From a virus (taxonomy: Duplodnaviria > Caudoviricetes), in the IMG/VR virus record IMGVR_UViG_3300046819_000361: a DNA stretch of 64,000 nt; one strand, written 5' to 3'. Numbering within the stretch: position 1 is the stretch's first letter; the number at the start of each line of letters is the position of its first letter. Shown here piece by piece: positions 18,601 through 27,924 of the stretch. A model generated the notes under the pieces. The model searched no databases. It saw only the letters and a program-made list of their open reading frames with translations, and was not told the origin of the DNA. A program made the translations under genes and the position numbers.

Positions 18601-18964
18601 CGGCCAATTGAGCCAAATCAATGTCTGCTCTTACTACATATGCACTATTACTTACACCCAAGAAACTGTAAGCTGCTTGTAACCCATATTCATTCAATTC
18701 ACCAGCATGCACTGGATTATTATTGGCGTCTGTTTGGAATATAGGAGTTCCGAATGTGTCAGATAAATCTTTTTGACTGGTTAGTAAGTAAACTTTTCCA
18801 GCATTTGCTTTTAATGTACCAGGTGCTGTTCCTGTTCCCGCTCCATTCTGTTTGCTTTCTTCAGAAGCAACCACAATTAAAGGGACTGTCCCCGGCGCTG
18901 CAGGTGTGTAAAAACTTTCGTCAATTACCGTTACACTTACGCCAGCTGATTGAAGTTGAGCCAT
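15602..18964 (-). CDS. gp18: contractile tail sheath protein (gp18-like, 1120 aa)
   Basis: SAGVSVTVIDES N-terminus; YPWFAPAG.RRG, NPI, GQKT, DRINVARL, FEPND, CD.SNNTP, I.P.KAVEFI. Confidence 0.95.
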   Translation of the reverse strand: MAQLQSAGVSVTVIDESFYTPAAPGTVPLIVVASEESKQNGAGTGTAPGTLKANAGKVYLLTSQKDLSDTFGTPIFQTDANNNPVHAGELNEYGLQAAYSFLGVSNSAYVVRADIDLAQLAESADAPTGEPADGTIWIDTSATDYGIFQWNSAPASVLGGQTFTAQTPLVITDTVKVVDFEGGDYTPLASLGTIGSYAIVSVTNLNTIWFKKPKTNSTSLVKWVKVGSTEWVASWPTAQGTTYNSAITLQTTDVLTINTVNITGAGITTLTAVVNAINNNATLTAAGITAGMETNQLQLFSTGVDIAVSGTSVAKLGLTSTTYLAPALSISKHTQIPTYKRTEKPSTNNGIPTGAVWVKTTPFNLGANWDIQTYSANKKQWVTDSVSIYKNNTEALKVLDATGGGLNIATGTLYLKYNDAESTVTQHSVVYPQSANFKLYRRKNVGATTIVSDVITSSAFPGNTYSFTISESLINTDVLSAAVTISFDVTSGDTAVQIGNALIASINNASLVNVSAILDSSNRVVISHNKGGDIRLVDGNNTPISTIFNPTRTANLYASPNGVPNSFDASNWTSVGATGGIAIASPTAPSSLAADGQLWYDSNISEIDILVHNGTEWVGYKFPGDIGTGKEASPYFSYGTDVNGPIISVTKPKFQSDGVTPVVIGDLWISTADLENYPLVYIYDFNNQWRLLDNSDQTTENGILFHDARSGTSGGTAISAPSGTIIELLSSDYVDFDAPDPALYPKGMLLWNLRRSGFNVKKFVKNYVNTLEINHRYGNQAMTEYYPHRWISEAANQSDGSGSFGRKSQRGVVLQAMAALINSNQQIRDEDRRVFNLLAAPGYPELIKPLVNLNYDRGLTAFVVGDSPARLTSDATTLSNWGLNENNALEDNDDGLVTTDAYLGVFYPWGYTRDNIGNNIAVPPSHMMLRTIALSDNVSYPWFAPAGVRRGGITNASAVGYITAEGEFNSISLNTGQRDTLQKVNVNPITYIVGTGLVNYGQKTRQLVASAMDRINVARLVIYLRVQLARISKPYIFEPNDTQTRNEIKQQIESFLLELVGQRALYDFLVVCDTSNNTPTRIDANELYVDIAIEPVKAVEFIYIPLRIENTGAIAKLGQS

Positions 18965-19006
18965 AATATATTCTCCATGAACAATTTCTAAATAATTCTC
19001 TTGATG

Positions 19007-19014
19007 TATTTAGT
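19007..19014 (-). promoter_or_regulatory. late promoter (TAAATA box) of the sheath-tube operon
   Basis: ACTAAATA upstream of the GGAG RBS of gp18. Confidence 0.6.
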
Positions 19015-19056
19015 TGTTTTGGAGATTTTATTGCTATATCATGGCTAATAATCATA

Positions 19057-19677
19057 TTATTTGGAATTTAATAATAAATAAACATTGTTGTATAACTCAT
19101 CAATAGTCCCATTATTATCTATCACTACATCAAAATCTAAACCATGCCATGCCCATTCACTTTCATGTATTCCATATGTTTGACTTAACATTAATTGGTC
19201 AGAACTATTCCCGGCTAATGCACCCGGTACATGTGAAAACCATTCAGGATCAGGCCCTCGCTTTACTCGAACCATTTTCCCACCAGATTTTTGAATAGCA
19301 TTAAATTCATTTGGAAATCTACAGTCAGTAATGATAATATTATCAGTTGATTTGCGTAATCGATTTTCCAAACTTGATAACCATATATCTTGATGAAAGT
19401 TATTTCGGCATACATCCGTTCCCCAATATTGTAAAATCCAGCGTGGGGTTATATCCATGTTCAATCGTTCTGACCACCAGTCATCACGTGTTTCACGCCA
19501 TTCCCGAGATTGTTTTGTGCGCCCTTCTAATAAAGTTCGATCCCATCCAAACACGGCTGCCACCGAATCTTTCAAGGATGATGCAAATGATTCACGACGA
19601 AATTCGTGAAAATTGACCAAGTAATCAGCAACTGTATCTTTACCACCACCAATGTTTCCTGCTACTGCTATAATCAT
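19057..19677 (-). CDS. deoxynucleoside monophosphate kinase (gp1-like)
   Basis: G.IGGGKDT P-loop, FA..LKD, TPR.ILQ.WGT, ITDCRFPNE, HESE. Confidence 0.9.
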   Translation of the reverse strand: MIIAVAGNIGGGKDTVADYLVNFHEFRRESFASSLKDSVAAVFGWDRTLLEGRTKQSREWRETRDDWWSERLNMDITPRWILQYWGTDVCRNNFHQDIWLSSLENRLRKSTDNIIITDCRFPNEFNAIQKSGGKMVRVKRGPDPEWFSHVPGALAGNSSDQLMLSQTYGIHESEWAWHGLDFDVVIDNNGTIDELYNNVYLLLNSK

Positions 19678-19699
19678 GTTACCTCCGTGTAAAAATTGA

Positions 19700-19728
19700 A
19701 TTATATCTTACTCGGAGGATGATGTCAA
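19700..19728 (-). promoter_or_regulatory. sigma70-type promoter of dNMP kinase
   Basis: TTGACA(19728-19723)-17 nt-TATAAT(19705-19700). Confidence 0.85.
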
Positions 19729-19731
19729 TAG

Positions 19732-20517
19732 TTAACCTATCACCCATGTCAAAGGAGTACCACCTGGTACTAGATTTTCTAATTCTTTTTCCAATGCTAC
19801 TATTTCTTCTTTTGCACTCGCTTTCAAATCACTGCCATTTAATTGAATAGATCCAGTTGGCCCGGCAATAGAGGCAAATAAGCTTCTCGCCTCCCCTAAC
19901 ATCATTTTACAAGTAGCTAATGTGTAATCACGTAACCATTGTTTGGCATAGATATCTGTAAGTAACACGAAGTCAGGTCTATAATTATGGGTTCTTAATA
20001 AAATCTGCTCACCTTGTGCAAACGGTCTCTGTAATATAGTAAGAATATGGCTTTGTGGTTTCCATTTGAATTCTATATAACTACCAAACATTCTACCTAC
20101 CAATTTTTGATAACCGGCAAACATTTCATAGGTAGCTAATCCCCCCATCATACTACCACTTAACAGATAAGTGTTAGTATAAGCCAAATTGAACGGTTCA
20201 AATAATGTACCACCCGCACCCAATCCTGAACGCGACCCAATTGCACGACGGAATACACTTTGCACTTCAACAATTTCATCCGGTAGTCTATATTCATTTT
20301 GATCTTGTACCAATTCTAAAAAAATATAACTTTCTTCAACAGCATTTGAACTTCGTTGTCTAAATTTAATTAGTGCTTTATCTAATGCGGTTTCATAATG
20401 AATCGGATCCAAGTCAATATCGATCATACCGTCAGCGAGCATTGCTCTAACATAATCGAATACTTTATTTCTTTCAATAAGTGATGTAGAAGTAGTATCT
20501 GTTAAAATTTCAGTCAT
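19732..20517 (-). CDS. gp13: neck protein (gp13-like)
   Basis: I.I.LD..H...A...A, W++DYTLA.CK.MLGEARS.F..I.GP.G..QLNG. Confidence 0.85.
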   Translation of the reverse strand: MTEILTDTTSTSLIERNKVFDYVRAMLADGMIDIDLDPIHYETALDKALIKFRQRSSNAVEESYIFLELVQDQNEYRLPDEIVEVQSVFRRAIGSRSGLGAGGTLFEPFNLAYTNTYLLSGSMMGGLATYEMFAGYQKLVGRMFGSYIEFKWKPQSHILTILQRPFAQGEQILLRTHNYRPDFVLLTDIYAKQWLRDYTLATCKMMLGEARSLFASIAGPTGSIQLNGSDLKASAKEEIVALEKELENLVPGGTPLTWVIG

Positions 20518-20533
20518 TTTTAATCTCCTGTTA

Positions 20534-20571
20534 TATTTATCGAATATACCAGATGATTAGATAGATAAATA
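20534..20571. promoter_or_regulatory. back-to-back late promoters for gp13 and gp14
   Basis: GATAAATA on minus (20541-20534) and on plus (20564-20571). Confidence 0.7.
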
Positions 20572-20593
20572 TGTAATAACTAGGAGAGTTCCA

Positions 20594-21985
20594 TTGCCAA
20601 GATTAAGTATGTTTAAGCCGGAAAAGGGCAATAATTTTAAATTCATAGATCGACAAATTTCACGAATGTTCCAAGCCGGTGGAACCGATGTGTATGTTCA
20701 TAAATTTTTAGGTACATCTAATAATATCGCTGGGTCTGCTGATCAACCAGTTTACACTGAAGATTCCCCCACAAACATTCAAGATCTATTACTTCTAGAA
20801 AATAGAGATAGAAAATATGATCAAGAAATATACCGTATTAGAGGCTATTATAATGTCCAAAATATCGATTTCAATTTAAGTCAATTTGGTTTATTCATAG
20901 ATAATGATACATTATATATGACCGTTCATATTAATGATTTTATTAACTATGTAGGGAGAAAACCATTAAGTGGTGATGTAATGGAATTGCCACATTTAAA
21001 AGATGATTTTGCCCTCAATGATTTTGATGTTAGTCTACCTAGATACTATGTAATTGAAGACGTCGGTAGGGCTAGTGAAGGATTTTCAGCAACATGGTAT
21101 CCTCATTTATATAGATTAAGATTATCAAAAATAACAGATAGTCAACAATTCTCTGATATATTAGATTTACCAGCAAGTGATGGTTCTACACTAACTGTTA
21201 GAGATTTATTAAGTACCCGATCTAAAGAGTTGGAAATTAATGATGCCATATTAAATCAGGCAGAAGTAGATGCGCCATTTAGTGGGTATGAAACTCAACA
21301 ATTCTTTACGTTAGCTGTTGATAAAAATACTGGGGATACCATCATTCAAACCCCAGATAATTTACCAATAGATCCCAATACACCAGTTACTAATCATCGA
21401 CCATTACGATCTGGATATACTGGATATTTGTTAGGCGATGGCATTCCAGTAAATGGATTTGATTTTGGTACTGGAGTTCAATTTCCAGATAATCCACTAA
21501 ATGATGACTTTTTCTTACGGGTAGATTTTTTACCCAATAGATTGTTTAGATTTAATGGTAATAGTTGGTTGCGTGTCGAAGATAAAGTAAGAATGACTAT
21601 GACAAATAATGATAGCAGACAAACTTTGAAAACAAGTTTTATCAATAATCTTTCATACACTTATAATACTCCAGTTGGTACTGATATCGTAAAATTAGAA
21701 ATGGGTGATACCGAAGTTTTCACAAATATAAATTTTCAGACTGCATTATATGTTGTTATATCTTCAAATACAGTCAAATTAGAGTATGCATTTACTGATT
21801 TTCCTGATTTGTTTGATTCTTACACAGTCAATAACTCTGATAAATTAAAGATACTATTACCAATAATAGATAATACAATTCAAGAAATACCTTTTGATGG
21901 TGCTTGGAATGTTACGTTGTATAACTATAGAGAAGAACAGCGCCAAAGTTTATCAAAGGCGTTGCGTCCAGATGCCAACTTTTAA
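20594..21985 (+). CDS. gp14: neck/head-closure protein (gp14-like, extended)
   Basis: TTG start with GGAG RBS; LSQFGL...L.MTVH...RKP..GD+ motifs; lies between gp13 and gp15. Confidence 0.7.
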   Translation: MPRLSMFKPEKGNNFKFIDRQISRMFQAGGTDVYVHKFLGTSNNIAGSADQPVYTEDSPTNIQDLLLLENRDRKYDQEIYRIRGYYNVQNIDFNLSQFGLFIDNDTLYMTVHINDFINYVGRKPLSGDVMELPHLKDDFALNDFDVSLPRYYVIEDVGRASEGFSATWYPHLYRLRLSKITDSQQFSDILDLPASDGSTLTVRDLLSTRSKELEINDAILNQAEVDAPFSGYETQQFFTLAVDKNTGDTIIQTPDNLPIDPNTPVTNHRPLRSGYTGYLLGDGIPVNGFDFGTGVQFPDNPLNDDFFLRVDFLPNRLFRFNGNSWLRVEDKVRMTMTNNDSRQTLKTSFINNLSYTYNTPVGTDIVKLEMGDTEVFTNINFQTALYVVISSNTVKLEYAFTDFPDLFDSYTVNNSDKLKILLPIIDNTIQEIPFDGAWNVTLYNYREEQRQSLSKALRPDANF

Positions 21986-21996
21986 GGAGAGTAATC

Positions 21997-23481
21997 TTGC
22001 AATTTTTTTATGATTCACAAATAAGACGATATATAACGCAGACAATTCGTGTCTTTAGTAATTTCGTAGTCAAATACAGTGATGGTTCATTGCACCGCGT
22101 TCCAGTTTTATATGGTGATGCTGACCGCCAAGTCGCAAATATTATGCGTCAAAATTCTGAGAATGCAGTAAACTCAGTCCCAAGAATTAGTATATATGTC
22201 ACAGAATTAAAAATGGATCGAGATAGAATGGCAGATGCCACTTATGTTGGTAAAGTTCATATAAGAGAGCGAGATGAATTTGCTGATGCTTATCAAACTT
22301 CACAAGGTAGAACATATACGGTTGAAAGATTGATGCCAACCCCGTTCAGTTTAAAAATGAAAATAGATATATGGGCATCAAGCACTGATCAAAAATTGCA
22401 AATTTTAGAACAAATATTAGTATTTTTCAACCCTAGCATGGAATTGCAAACATCTGATAATTTTATCGATTGGACTAGTTTAACAGTATTAAATTTAGAT
22501 GATATTACATGGACTAGTAGAACGGTCCCAACCGGAACTAATTTAACTATTGATGTTGCTACAATCACTGTTGATACACCAATATGGATAAGTCCACCAG
22601 TCAAAGTAAAACAGTTAGGTGTTATCACTAATATAATTGCAAATATTCATAAATCAAGCGATGCAAGTCCATATGGATACATTGATGGGTTAGGGGTAGA
22701 CACTACTGGACCAACTATTACTATGTCAGATATTATTACTAATAAACATATCACTATTTCAGAATATAATATTGCAGTTTACGGTAATAATGTTACATTA
22801 CTCGATGAATACACTAATACTGTTCCACCAGAACCTTTTGGTTTACCAGATAATATTCCTAATCCAGTTAGTTGGGTTAAAATTTTGGATGGTTATAATG
22901 GCACTTTTACGCCAGGAGTTAGTAGAATTTATTTACGTCAACCAGATGGATCAGAAATAGTCGGGACGGTTTCAATCGATGATATTACTCCATCCATATT
23001 ATTGGTAGAATGGGACCAAGATACATTGAACACAAATACTGGGATTGATAGCCAAGGTATTTTTGATTACAATCCTGGTTATAATTCAGGCGGAAATAGA
23101 TCTGCTAGTCCGGGCACATTTGACGCAATTGTAAATCCGTTATCGTTTAATCCAAAACGACCAAACAATGAATCTGAAGATCAATTAATCGCTATAGGCA
23201 CTCGATATTTAATAATTGAAGACATTGGTAATCGAATTAATACTGATGGACCTGATGGATGGAAGTCGTCTAATAACGAAGATTTTATTGCATTAGCTAA
23301 CGATATAATAGAATGGAATGGCACAGAATGGAATATTGTTTTTAATTCAATAAAAGAATCTGAATCAATGGTGTGGCAAACAAATATATACACAGGAATA
23401 CAATATTTATGGAATGGTATTTCTTGGAGTAAAAGCTTTGACGGCACATATAGGTCAGGATCATGGAAACTAATATTATAA
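21997..23481 (+). CDS. gp15: tail sheath stabiliser/terminator (gp15-like, extended)
   Basis: FFYD.QIRRY...F.NF, VPV.YG, PR+S, P.PF...+.I, Q+LEQIL.FFNP. Confidence 0.85.
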   Translation: MQFFYDSQIRRYITQTIRVFSNFVVKYSDGSLHRVPVLYGDADRQVANIMRQNSENAVNSVPRISIYVTELKMDRDRMADATYVGKVHIRERDEFADAYQTSQGRTYTVERLMPTPFSLKMKIDIWASSTDQKLQILEQILVFFNPSMELQTSDNFIDWTSLTVLNLDDITWTSRTVPTGTNLTIDVATITVDTPIWISPPVKVKQLGVITNIIANIHKSSDASPYGYIDGLGVDTTGPTITMSDIITNKHITISEYNIAVYGNNVTLLDEYTNTVPPEPFGLPDNIPNPVSWVKILDGYNGTFTPGVSRIYLRQPDGSEIVGTVSIDDITPSILLVEWDQDTLNTNTGIDSQGIFDYNPGYNSGGNRSASPGTFDAIVNPLSFNPKRPNNESEDQLIAIGTRYLIIEDIGNRINTDGPDGWKSSNNEDFIALANDIIEWNGTEWNIVFNSIKESESMVWQTNIYTGIQYLWNGISWSKSFDGTYRSGSWKLIL

Positions 23482-23912
23482 AAGACAAAATAATATGCAG
23501 TGGCGCACTGTTTTACGCAAAATCAACCCACAGATTTCTGCTAATTCAGAAAGCAACTGGTAAGCATCAAGGATCGTGGGGATTAGTTGGAGGAACTAAT
23601 TTAATCGGTGAAAATCCTTGGCAAGGATTGCAAAGAGAAGTAATAGAGGAAATTGGATGTTTTCCAGATGTATTAAAAACTATACCATTGGAGACGTTTG
23701 TTTCAAATGACAAAGTATTTAATTTTCATACTTATTTATGCGTGGTCGAGAATGAATTTATCCCACTACTCAGTTCAGAGCATATAGCATGGGCATGGTG
23801 TTCTATAGATTACGCACCAAAACCATTGCATCAAGGTTTAAAGAATAGTTTCTCTAATAAAATTATGAGAACTAAACTTCAAACCATTTTTGATATAATA
23901 GATTTAATATAA
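23463..23912 (+). CDS. Nudix hydrolase
   Basis: Complete Nudix box G-x5-E-x7-REVIEEIG. Confidence 0.9.
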   Translation: METNIIKDKIICSGALFYAKSTHRFLLIQKATGKHQGSWGLVGGTNLIGENPWQGLQREVIEEIGCFPDVLKTIPLETFVSNDKVFNFHTYLCVVENEFIPLLSSEHIAWAWCSIDYAPKPLHQGLKNSFSNKIMRTKLQTIFDIIDLI

Positions 23913-25061
23913 TAAGTGGTTTGATGAACTAACTGGGTATTGTTTTTTCAAAAAATCTAAATTAGTTCTTGAATCGTTAGGTTCATACCACCCATTACCA
24001 GTATGAATATCAAGCACCGATTTGAAAAATTCTTCATACATAACCGCTACCCTATCGAGCGAAAAATTATTAATTGCCCATTCTCTACAATCATATGGGC
24101 TTATTTTGTCAATATTTTTCGCAGCCCATGTAAAATGTTCAAACGTTTTACATCTATATCCGGTAACACCATGAATGTTGTTCTCTGTGAATGCACCCCA
24201 ATCAGTCGTAATGGTCGGTGTACCAGATAATAAGCATTCAATTTGTACACCACCAAATGGTTCATTGTACATACTTGCAACAAATGCTCCCTTTGCTTTG
24301 GACATTAATTTTCTGCGAGTTTCAACATCAGCATATCCGATGACTTCAACATGTGGCGGAATCTCTGTATATCCACAATCTTGTAAGGAATTTTGTCCAG
24401 CTACTAATAATTTAGCACCGATTGCTTCAGTAACTTGGATGGCAACATGAATTCCTTTCCCCTCATATACTCTTCCCAAAAATAGGAAATAATCATCTTT
24501 TTCTGCAGAAAAAGTAAAATCATCTGGATCGAAATAATTAGGAATTACAGTATCATACCAGCCTTGCTTACATGTACCAACTGACTCTAATCCATAGTAT
24601 GCATGGTAAATTGCATATGATTCAAATATTTTGTATCTTGCCCAATGTCCACCTGCATATCCAATACCAGGTTCAACACAAATTAAATCTTGGTGTGCAT
24701 CACAAATTGGTCTGGTGCCTGATCCCCAGAAAGGTAGAATAATATCTAATGGTTGTTTTCTGATTGCAATTTCACGAATTGCATTTTTATAGAATGTTTG
24801 ATATGCATGATCACCAGTATCAAACTTAAAAAAATGTTTACGCCAATCATGATCACCATACGAAATTTTCCAATCTTCGGTCGAGAGTACATTAACATGT
24901 TCTGTACACTCTAAATCAGATTCTTCATGCCCATAATGAATAACAGTATGTCCTCTTTCTATCATCATTTTACTAAATTTTACTACTTTTTGGGTGTACG
25001 CACATGCGACGTACTCTTTACTTGACACTGTATGTGGCAAGCCTAATATATGAAATCTCAT
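23904..25061 (-). CDS. glycosyltransferase, GT4-like (GT-B fold)
   Basis: [42 protein letters not shown]; start probably MRFHILG. Confidence 0.9.
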   Translation of the reverse strand: MRFHILGLPHTVSSKEYVACAYTQKVVKFSKMMIERGHTVIHYGHEESDLECTEHVNVLSTEDWKISYGDHDWRKHFFKFDTGDHAYQTFYKNAIREIAIRKQPLDIILPFWGSGTRPICDAHQDLICVEPGIGYAGGHWARYKIFESYAIYHAYYGLESVGTCKQGWYDTVIPNYFDPDDFTFSAEKDDYFLFLGRVYEGKGIHVAIQVTEAIGAKLLVAGQNSLQDCGYTEIPPHVEVIGYADVETRRKLMSKAKGAFVASMYNEPFGGVQIECLLSGTPTITTDWGAFTENNIHGVTGYRCKTFEHFTWAAKNIDKISPYDCREWAINNFSLDRVAVMYEEFFKSVLDIHTGNGWYEPNDSRTNLDFLKKQYPVSSSNHLLY

Positions 25062-25062
25062 T

Positions 25063-25638
25063 TTATCTCCATTTTGGACCGTCAAACCAACAGGCTAAAC
25101 TATACCGGATGCCTCTGGTTACTTGAGTTGCTTGATGTAATATAAAGGAAGGAAAAAATACGACAGAACCTTGATTTCTAATATCATCTGGACTGGGATG
25201 GGCACCAACGTCAATGAATTCTAGATTACCCCCATCATACTCTCCCGGGTCAGAAAGTTGCACAACTGCTGTTATTTTTCTATGATATTCTGGATCATTA
25301 TTTAACCAAAAAACATCATGATGTTTTTTATATTCACCCAAATATGAAGAGTCATATTCAGCTAATTGAATATAATCCATTTTTGATATGTGTACTTTAA
25401 ACCATTGATCATTTGCTTCAACGGCCATTTTCCACATTGCATCAAAAAGAAATGCAAAATCAGGATTTGTTTTTTGTATAAAACGAACTTTAGATCTTCG
25501 CCAGTTATTATCAACATGGCCATTATTTAACCCGATTATTGCATCTTGGACAGGCAATTGCAACCCAAGTTCTAATATTTTAGCACATGTTTCTCGATCA
25601 AAATATCGATTATAATAACACCATTCACCTTTCATCAT
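25063..25638 (-). CDS. 2OG-Fe(II) oxygenase (prolyl-4-hydroxylase/PKHD-like)
   Basis: HHD...H iron triad, [14 protein letters not shown]...VT.G.RYSL..W. Confidence 0.9.
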   Translation of the reverse strand: MMKGEWCYYNRYFDRETCAKILELGLQLPVQDAIIGLNNGHVDNNWRRSKVRFIQKTNPDFAFLFDAMWKMAVEANDQWFKVHISKMDYIQLAEYDSSYLGEYKKHHDVFWLNNDPEYHRKITAVVQLSDPGEYDGGNLEFIDVGAHPSPDDIRNQGSVVFFPSFILHQATQVTRGIRYSLACWFDGPKWR

Positions 25639-25654
25639 TCACCCTTTATAAAAT

Positions 25655-25685
25655 ACATTATACCTGATGTCAGGTATAATGTCAA
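25655..25685 (-). promoter_or_regulatory. sigma70-type promoter within a 13-bp perfect palindrome
   Basis: TTGACA(25685-25680)-17 nt-TATAAT(25662-25657); ACATTATACCTGA-tg-TCAGGTATAATGT. Confidence 0.8.
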
Positions 25686-25689
25686 CTAT

Positions 25690-27924
25690 TTATTTCTCAA
25701 AAAATGACTTGATAAAATTTATTTGTATCTGGCGTTCTTTAACAGCTTGTAATAACAAGGGTATTATTTTTTCGTATTGCACAGTTAGATAGTTTTCACC
25801 AGATTTGCTATTTTCATACTGATCCATATCAAAGGGGGCTATTGAAATAACTTCGGGCAATACTGATTGTACCTCTTGTGCAATAACTCCAACTTGAGAG
25901 TTGTAATCTTTATAACCGAAATTTTCCGCAAATTTATTTTGCGTGAATTTAATACCACGAATGGAATTTACCATTTCTAATGCATTTTCTATTTCAACAA
26001 TATTATCTTTCAATCGTCTATCAGAATATCCATAATAACCCGTAATATCATCAGTTGCCACTATGGTTCCTCCAGTTGCTAATGGTGCTCTACCAACTCC
26101 CAACGCAAATAATTGTGGAGTATCGGTCGTCGTCAACGGTCCAGACGCACCAGTAGATCCGGTAGATCCGGTAGATCCGGTAGGACCAGATGCCCCAGTA
26201 GAACCAGTAGAACCAGTAGATCCGGTAGGACCAGATGCCCCAGTAGAACCAGTAGATCCGGTAATTCCGGTAGGACCAATTAGACCAGATGGCCCTGCCC
26301 CAGCATATTTCATACCAGGGTCACCATCTGATCCCTGTTGTCCTTGTGATGCTATTGTAGATGATTGGACTCCTATTAATCCTATCAATCCGTAGCCACC
26401 AGTTGAGCCTTGTGTTCCTGAGTTCCCAGTAAATCCAGTAATTCCTAGTGGACCAGTTGCGCCAGTTGCGCCAGATGCTCCTTGAATTCCAACTTGAATT
26501 ACTCCTGATGCACCTTGAAGACCGGTTAATCCATCTACCCCAGCATCTCCTTGAACACCAATTGATTCCGGACCGGTTGCACCTGGTAAACCTGCAGGTG
26601 ATGATGCCCCACGAACACCAGTAGCACCAGGTGGGCCAGATAATCCATCTCCACCAGGTCCAGATAACCCGGTTATACCTTGTTCTCCGATATAACCAGA
26701 ACTCCCTGTCATTCCAATACCAGATGATCCAAATGATCCATTCGGGCCTTGCGGTCCGGTAGCACCATTAAATACTGAATTAGTTACCCCTTGTATACCT
26801 TGCGGCCCAGATGCACCAGATGCACCGGTTGATCCTCTGTATCCTAAACTACCAGCAGACAAATATGGTGAACCAGAAGCACCGTCTTGACCAATAATTC
26901 CATCTTCGCCAATGTAACCAGTAGGACCAGACGCACCTAATCCTCCAGCCCCAGATGCACCAATTCCTAAATCCCCCGGTAATCCAGTTTCACCTATTAG
27001 ACCTATAACACCAGTTGCTCCTATTCCTGGGTGACCGATTTCTCCAGGTATACCAATTACCCCATTTGCACCAGTTGCCCCATTAACTAATGGTCCTGTC
27101 CCCCCAGGTGTACCAATCACCCCAGTTGCGCCTGTTGCCCCAGCTACATTTGTTACACCAATCGCATCGCTTGCAGATCCTTTTATACCTTGCGTTCCAG
27201 AAAATCCTTGTATTCCATTTTCACCAGTTGCCCCAATATTATAACCACCAGAAGCACCCATCATGCCATGTATCCCAGTGGCGCCTGGTAACCTAGTTAC
27301 ACCAGTTGCCCCAATATGACCATCTCCAGAAATACCAGGTAATCCGGTTGCACCTTTAAATCCGGTGGATCCAAATTCACCTGTAATTTGTATTCCAGTA
27401 GCACCAAGTGCACCCTTAACACCAGTCGCGCCAGTCGCTCCTTGGACATTAATGACTCCAGCTGAACCTTTTGGACCGGTTGATCCGATTGGACCGGTTG
27501 CACCAGATGCTCCTCGCGACCCAGATGCTCCACGGGTAGGTCTACCATAAAATCCTGCTAATCCAGTTGGTCCAACTACACCGGTTATTCCATTTAAACC
27601 GGTAGTCCCAATAGCTGATTGTCCAATAATCCCAATGTATCCTGTTGAACCAGCTGTTCCTATTTTACCAAGGTAGCCAGTTGAGCCAGTTGCACCGGTT
27701 GCACCTGTTGATCCGGTGGATCCATGAGGTCCACTGGAAGATATTCCAAGTAACCCTATATAACCAGTTGATCCAGACGCTCCTTGTGGTCCAGACGATC
27801 CACGAGGCCCTGTAGATCCAATAAATGGAGAATGATTACCAACCCAATTTCCATTTTCATCAATAACCTTGGTGTTACCAACCGTTAATCCATATTCAAT
27901 ACCAAAATTTTTATTTTCTGTCAT
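25690..27924 (-). CDS. collagen-like fibre protein with C-terminal peptidase S74 intramolecular chaperone (interrupted Gly-X-Y)
   Basis: Gly-X-Y repeats with many interruptions; [10 protein letters not shown]...GVIAQEV..VLPE...[13 protein letters not shown]. Confidence 0.9.
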   Translation of the reverse strand: MTENKNFGIEYGLTVGNTKVIDENGNWVGNHSPFIGSTGPRGSSGPQGASGSTGYIGLLGISSSGPHGSTGSTGATGATGSTGYLGKIGTAGSTGYIGIIGQSAIGTTGLNGITGVVGPTGLAGFYGRPTRGASGSRGASGATGPIGSTGPKGSAGVINVQGATGATGVKGALGATGIQITGEFGSTGFKGATGLPGISGDGHIGATGVTRLPGATGIHGMMGASGGYNIGATGENGIQGFSGTQGIKGSASDAIGVTNVAGATGATGVIGTPGGTGPLVNGATGANGVIGIPGEIGHPGIGATGVIGLIGETGLPGDLGIGASGAGGLGASGPTGYIGEDGIIGQDGASGSPYLSAGSLGYRGSTGASGASGPQGIQGVTNSVFNGATGPQGPNGSFGSSGIGMTGSSGYIGEQGITGLSGPGGDGLSGPPGATGVRGASSPAGLPGATGPESIGVQGDAGVDGLTGLQGASGVIQVGIQGASGATGATGPLGITGFTGNSGTQGSTGGYGLIGLIGVQSSTIASQGQQGSDGDPGMKYAGAGPSGLIGPTGITGSTGSTGASGPTGSTGSTGSTGASGPTGSTGSTGSTGASGPLTTTDTPQLFALGVGRAPLATGGTIVATDDITGYYGYSDRRLKDNIVEIENALEMVNSIRGIKFTQNKFAENFGYKDYNSQVGVIAQEVQSVLPEVISIAPFDMDQYENSKSGENYLTVQYEKIIPLLLQAVKERQIQINFIKSFFEK

